DNA of 38,304 bases, taken from assembly GCF_004010195.1 (NCBI RefSeq), contig NC_057720.1:26445371-26483674 (forward strand), in the 5' to 3' direction. This DNA is from Chiloscyllium plagiosum (Eukaryota). The notes under the pieces are model-generated. The model saw only the letters and a program-made list of their open reading frames with translations. It ran no database searches and had not been told where the DNA came from. The position numbers were made by a program, and so were the translations under genes. Each line of letters begins with the position of its first letter. Position 1 is the first letter of the stretch. Shown here one piece after another: positions 34,633-38,304 of the stretch.

Positions 34633-35169
34633 GCTTCTGGTAATGAACACAGTACAGCCATTCTAACTGCAAAAGGAGCTTTTACTGTAGACAGAGTGTG
34701 CCCTTTCATTGAGGTTTGAGGGTCTGCAAGGCTGCTGTTAAGGAATAAGGATGTGAATCTTTATTTTTAAAATTAGTAATAAAACAGTACAGCTAGTTCT
34801 TGTTTGATGTAATAGTTTTGTTTGTGTGTAACAAACGTTCTTCCTTGTGGTAACAATATATTGACAGCCTCTTGTGAACATCTTCAGTAGCTAACTACCA
34901 TGTAACCAAATTGTAAAAAAACCATCACTTCTGCTCTATCCCAGGTTTCCCTCTGGGATCTGACCTCTCTCGTGTTACCATCAATTGGGATCAAAATAGA
35001 ATTCTCTATTACACTTTGGATCTTGTAGTTAGAGGAATTAAAATAAAAGGCGAGGTGCATTCTTCACCATTTCTGTTCGCCAATGAAATGTTAACATTGC
35101 TGGCTCGACCAGTATTTTATTGTTTATCCTTAACTGGCCCAAGTATCAACCACATTGCTGTATCGCTCA

Positions 35170-35570
35170 AGTGGATAGAAGAGGGACAGGAATGGTTGTT
35201 GGAGGTTCCTGGTTACAGATGTTTCAGTAAGATTAGGGAGGGTGGTAAAAAAGGAGGGGGGTGGCATTGCTAATTAGAAATGGTATAACGGCTGCAGAAA
35301 GGCAGTTCGAGGGGGATCTGCCGTTGGAGGTAGTATGGGCTGAAGTCAGAAATAGGAAAGGAGCAGTCACCTTGTAGGGTGTTTACTATAGGCCCCCCAA
35401 TAGCAGCAGAGATGTGGAGAAACAGATTGGGCTTGTTAGTGGGTGAACATTTTGGTGATGGTGACCACAATTCTGTGACTTTCACCTTGGTTATGGAGAG
35501 AGATAGGTGCGTGCAACAGGGTAGGTTTTACAATTGGGGGAAGGGTAAATACGATGCTGTAAGACAGGAT
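35170..35570 (+). mobile_element. CR1 ORF2 endonuclease fragment with internal deletion
   Basis: WIEEGQEWLLEVPGYRCF..GGG, GVYYRPPNS, GDGDHNSVTF. Confidence 0.88.
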
Positions 35571-36516
35571 GCCCATTCATCCGTTGCCGTAGCCTTTGCT
35601 CAGTTTCCCCAATGTATCATGATGACTCAGGGCATCCTTGCCTTCAGCATACGGGATAGACAACATTGGCTGAGTCACCTGAGCACCTGCCACGTACATG
35701 GTGGAAGGTGTCCCCATGCATAATGGTGGTATCCATGTCCACACTCTGTCACATCTTGCAGCGTCAACCATGACAGGATTCTATGCCGTTGTCCTGGAAG
35801 CCAGGCAGCTTGCTATGAACAATGATCTGTTTGAGGTTTGGTGGTTGTTTAAAGGTGAGCAGTGGAGGTGTGGGGGAAGGTTTTGGCGAGGTGTTCATCC
35901 TTCTTGGTAATGTGTTTCAGACTGCGAAGAACATGGCGTAGGTTTTTGGCTCCTGGGAAGTACTGGGAATGAAGGATGCCCTGTCTGTTTGCAGTGGCAC
36001 GTCAGAGCTGCGCGGTCGATGAGTTGCGTTTCATACCCCGTTCCTGTGAGGACACCTCTGAGTAGGTGCCCATCACATTCCTCCTCATCTGGACAGATCC
36101 TGGGTATGCGTAGGGCTTGTCCATAGGGGATGGCTGTTTCAATATATTTTGGGTGGAAGCTGGAGGAGTGTGGCATTGTGAGGTTATCTGTGGGTTTGCG
36201 TAGAGTATGCTGCTGAGGTGTCCATCCTTGATAGAGATGCATGTGTCCAAGAATGAGACAGATAGTAGAGAGTAGTCCATGGTGAGTTTGATGGCAGGAT
36301 GAAACTTGCTGATATTACTGTGTAATTTTATCAGTGACTCCTCGTCATGGGTCCAGAGGAAGAAAATGTCGTCAGTGTACCTGGTGTATAGTGTTGGTTG
36401 GAGGTCCTGCGTAGAGAAGAAATCTTGTTCGAACCTGTGCATGTTGGCATATTGGGGTGCAAATTTGGTCCCCATGGCTGTTCCGTGTGTCTGGAAGAAG
36501 AATCTGTTGTCAAAGG
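35571..36516 (-). mobile_element. Penelope-like element internal fragment (RT to GIY-YIG)
   Basis: QTHGTAMGTKFAPQYAN, RYTDDIFFLW, VSFLD, RKPTD, IPYGQALRI.RIC, YIGETEQRLRQRMNG. Confidence 0.93.
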
Positions 36517-37405
36517 TTTTTACAATGTACATTAATGATATAGATGAACGTATTAAAAGTAATATTAGCAAATTTGCTGATGACACAAAGCTGGGTGGCA
36601 GGGTGAAATGTGAGGAGGATGTTAGGAGAATACAGGGTGACCTGGACAGGCTAGGTGAGTGGACGGATGCATGGCAGATGCAGTTTATAGGTAAAGGGGC
36701 AGTACAGAGAGATCTGGGTGTTCTTGTACATCAGTCAATGAAAGCAAGCATGCAGGTACAGCAGGCAGTGAGGAAAGCTAATAGCATGTTGGCTTTCATA
36801 ACAAGAGGAATTGAGTATAGAAGCGAAGAGGTCCTTCTGCCGCTGTACAGGGCCCTGGTGAGATCGCACCTGGAATATTGTGCGCAGTTTTGGTCTCCAA
36901 ATTTGAGGAAAGACGTTCTGGCTATTGAGGGAGTGCAGCATAGGTTCACGAGGTCAATTCCCGGGACGATTTTACGCTAAAAGATTGGAGCAACTGGGCT
37001 TGTATACGCTTGAGTTTAGAAGGCTGAGAGGGGATCTGATTGAGACGTATAAGATTATTAAAAGATTGGAGGCAGGAAGCATGTTTCCGCTGATGTGTGA
37101 GTCCCGAACCAGAGGACACATCTTAAAAATAAGGGTAGGCCACTTTTAGAACAGAGTTGAGGAGAAACTTCTTCACCCAGAGAGTGTTGGGTGTATGGAA
37201 TGCTCTTCCCCAGAAGGCTGTGTAGGACAAGTCTCTGGATACTTTCAAGAAACAGTTGGATAGAGCTCTTAAGGTTAGTGGAATCAAGAGTTATGGGGAT
37301 AAGGCAGGAACAGGATCCTGATTGAGGATGATCAGCCATGATCATAATGAATGTTGGTGTTGGCTCGAAGGGCAGAATGGCCTACTCCTGCACCTATTGT
37401 CTATT
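36517..37405 (+). mobile_element. 5'-truncated CR1 LINE
   Basis: FTMYINDID...SKFADDTKLGG, LYRALVRSHLEYCAQFWSP, and tail CCTACTCCTGCACCTATTGTCTATT. Confidence 0.93.
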
Positions 37406-37429
37406 AACGTTGTGATCGAGGATAAAGTG

Positions 37430-38304
37430 GATGAGTTTGAGTGCGAGCAGCAGCGAAGGTAAGACAGTTTGTTTTAAAATTACTTACCAGTAGTTGGCAG
37501 CGGTGTTTTTTTTCTCTTCACAGAAAGAGCGGGAGCAGCAGGGGGAAGTGACGAAGACTAGAGGGGCAGCCTGGTAGGTTTTTTTCCCTTTAAAAGCGCG
37601 CAGGAGAAGAACCCGAGGCACTACAGAGGTAGTGTCTCCCACCCGTCCTCCTCCTCTAACCTAAATAATAAGACCCATTGTGGTAAGTAGGAAGTGCTGC
37701 ATTTTGCTTGTTGTATTCTTTAGACCCAGTTTTTTTTATATAAAAGGTTACTTTCAGAGGGATGGCAGTGAAGGCAGTGCAATGTTCCTCTTGCAACATG
37801 TTTGAGGTGAGGGATGCCATGGACGTCCCTGCCGATTACACTTGCAGGAAGTGCACCCATCTCCAGCTCCTCCAAGACCCTGTTAGGGAACTGGAGCTGG
37901 AGTTGGATGAACTTAGGATCATTCGAGAGGCAGAGGGAGCATAGATCAGAGCTTTAGGGAAGTAGTAACTCCAAAGATGGCAGATAGATGGGTGACAGTG
38001 AGGGGGACTGGGAGGAAGCAGCCAGTGCAGGGACCCACTGCGGCCGTTCCCCTCAAGAACAAGTATACCATTTTGGATACTTGGGGGGGGTACGACTTAC
38101 CAGGGGTAAGTAACGGGGCCCAGGCCTCTGGCACGGAGCCTGTCCCCATTGCTCAGAAGGGAAGGGTGGAGAAGAGCAGAGCAATAGTAATTGGGGACGC
38201 GATAGTTCGGGGCACAGATAGGCAGTTTTGTGGGAACGAGAGAGACTCACGATTGGTATGTTGCCTCCCAGGTGCAAGGGTACGTGACGTCTCTGATCGT
38301 GTTT
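37430..38304 (+). mobile_element. 5' end of a near full-length CR1 LINE (5' UTR plus ORF1), running off the window
   Basis: CpG-containing UTR with GGAAGTGACG and TTTAAAA motifs, followed by the ORF1 below. The 5' boundary is approximate. Confidence 0.85.
37762..38304 (+). pseudogene. CR1 ORF1 (zinc finger, leucine zipper, SGNH esterase start), one frameshift near 37940
   Basis: CSSC...CRKC, VRELELELDELRII, then after a 1-nt shift VPLKNKYTILD...AIVIGDAIVRGTD..FC...VCCLPGARVRDV. Confidence 0.9.

Larger units (their letters stand above)
33654..34998 (+). mobile_element. Possible old long solo LTR hosting several PLE ends
   Basis: Degenerate termini TGCTATGA...TCAAAATA, with AATAAA at ~34778 followed by a U5-like GT-rich stretch. 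No TSD seen. Confidence 0.3.

Noticed and set aside
36002..36980. Overlapping 194-aa and 224-aa ORFs as a fused RT gene
   Set aside because: Each begins in antisense of the neighbouring element and crosses the PLE/CR1 junction.

Overview
Eukaryotic, repeat-rich, apparently intronic or intergenic DNA. It is most likely from a cartilaginous fish (shark), inferred from HE1/V-SINEs, HER1-like CR1 LINEs and a DeuSINE/SacSINE1-like element. No intact host gene is recognisable, and nearly all listed ORFs are transposon fragments or antisense shadows. The window holds many 5'-truncated and nested CR1 LINEs, the 5' end of a near full-length CR1 (ORF1 with zinc finger, leucine zipper and esterase), and a decayed Gypsy pol with its 3' LTR. 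It also holds a solo LTR hit by two retroposon insertions, a TA-flanked Tc1/pogo MITE, and at least three families of Penelope-like elements (PLEs). The most notable signal is the PLE material. About ten short PLE-derived inserts, mostly fold-back palindromes and many with 11-15 bp target-site duplications, carry minimal type-I hammerhead ribozyme motifs. Two of these motifs are fully intact (28921-28960 minus, 29366-29405 plus), and the fold-back junctions repeatedly fall within or next to the ribozyme. Other points: a 129-bp CR1-derived perfect-arm hairpin, a ~97-bp inverted duplication 1 kb apart, and one good candidate 165-nt host exon on the minus strand. All family names come from manual motif recognition, not database searches. 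Boundaries of old elements are approximate.
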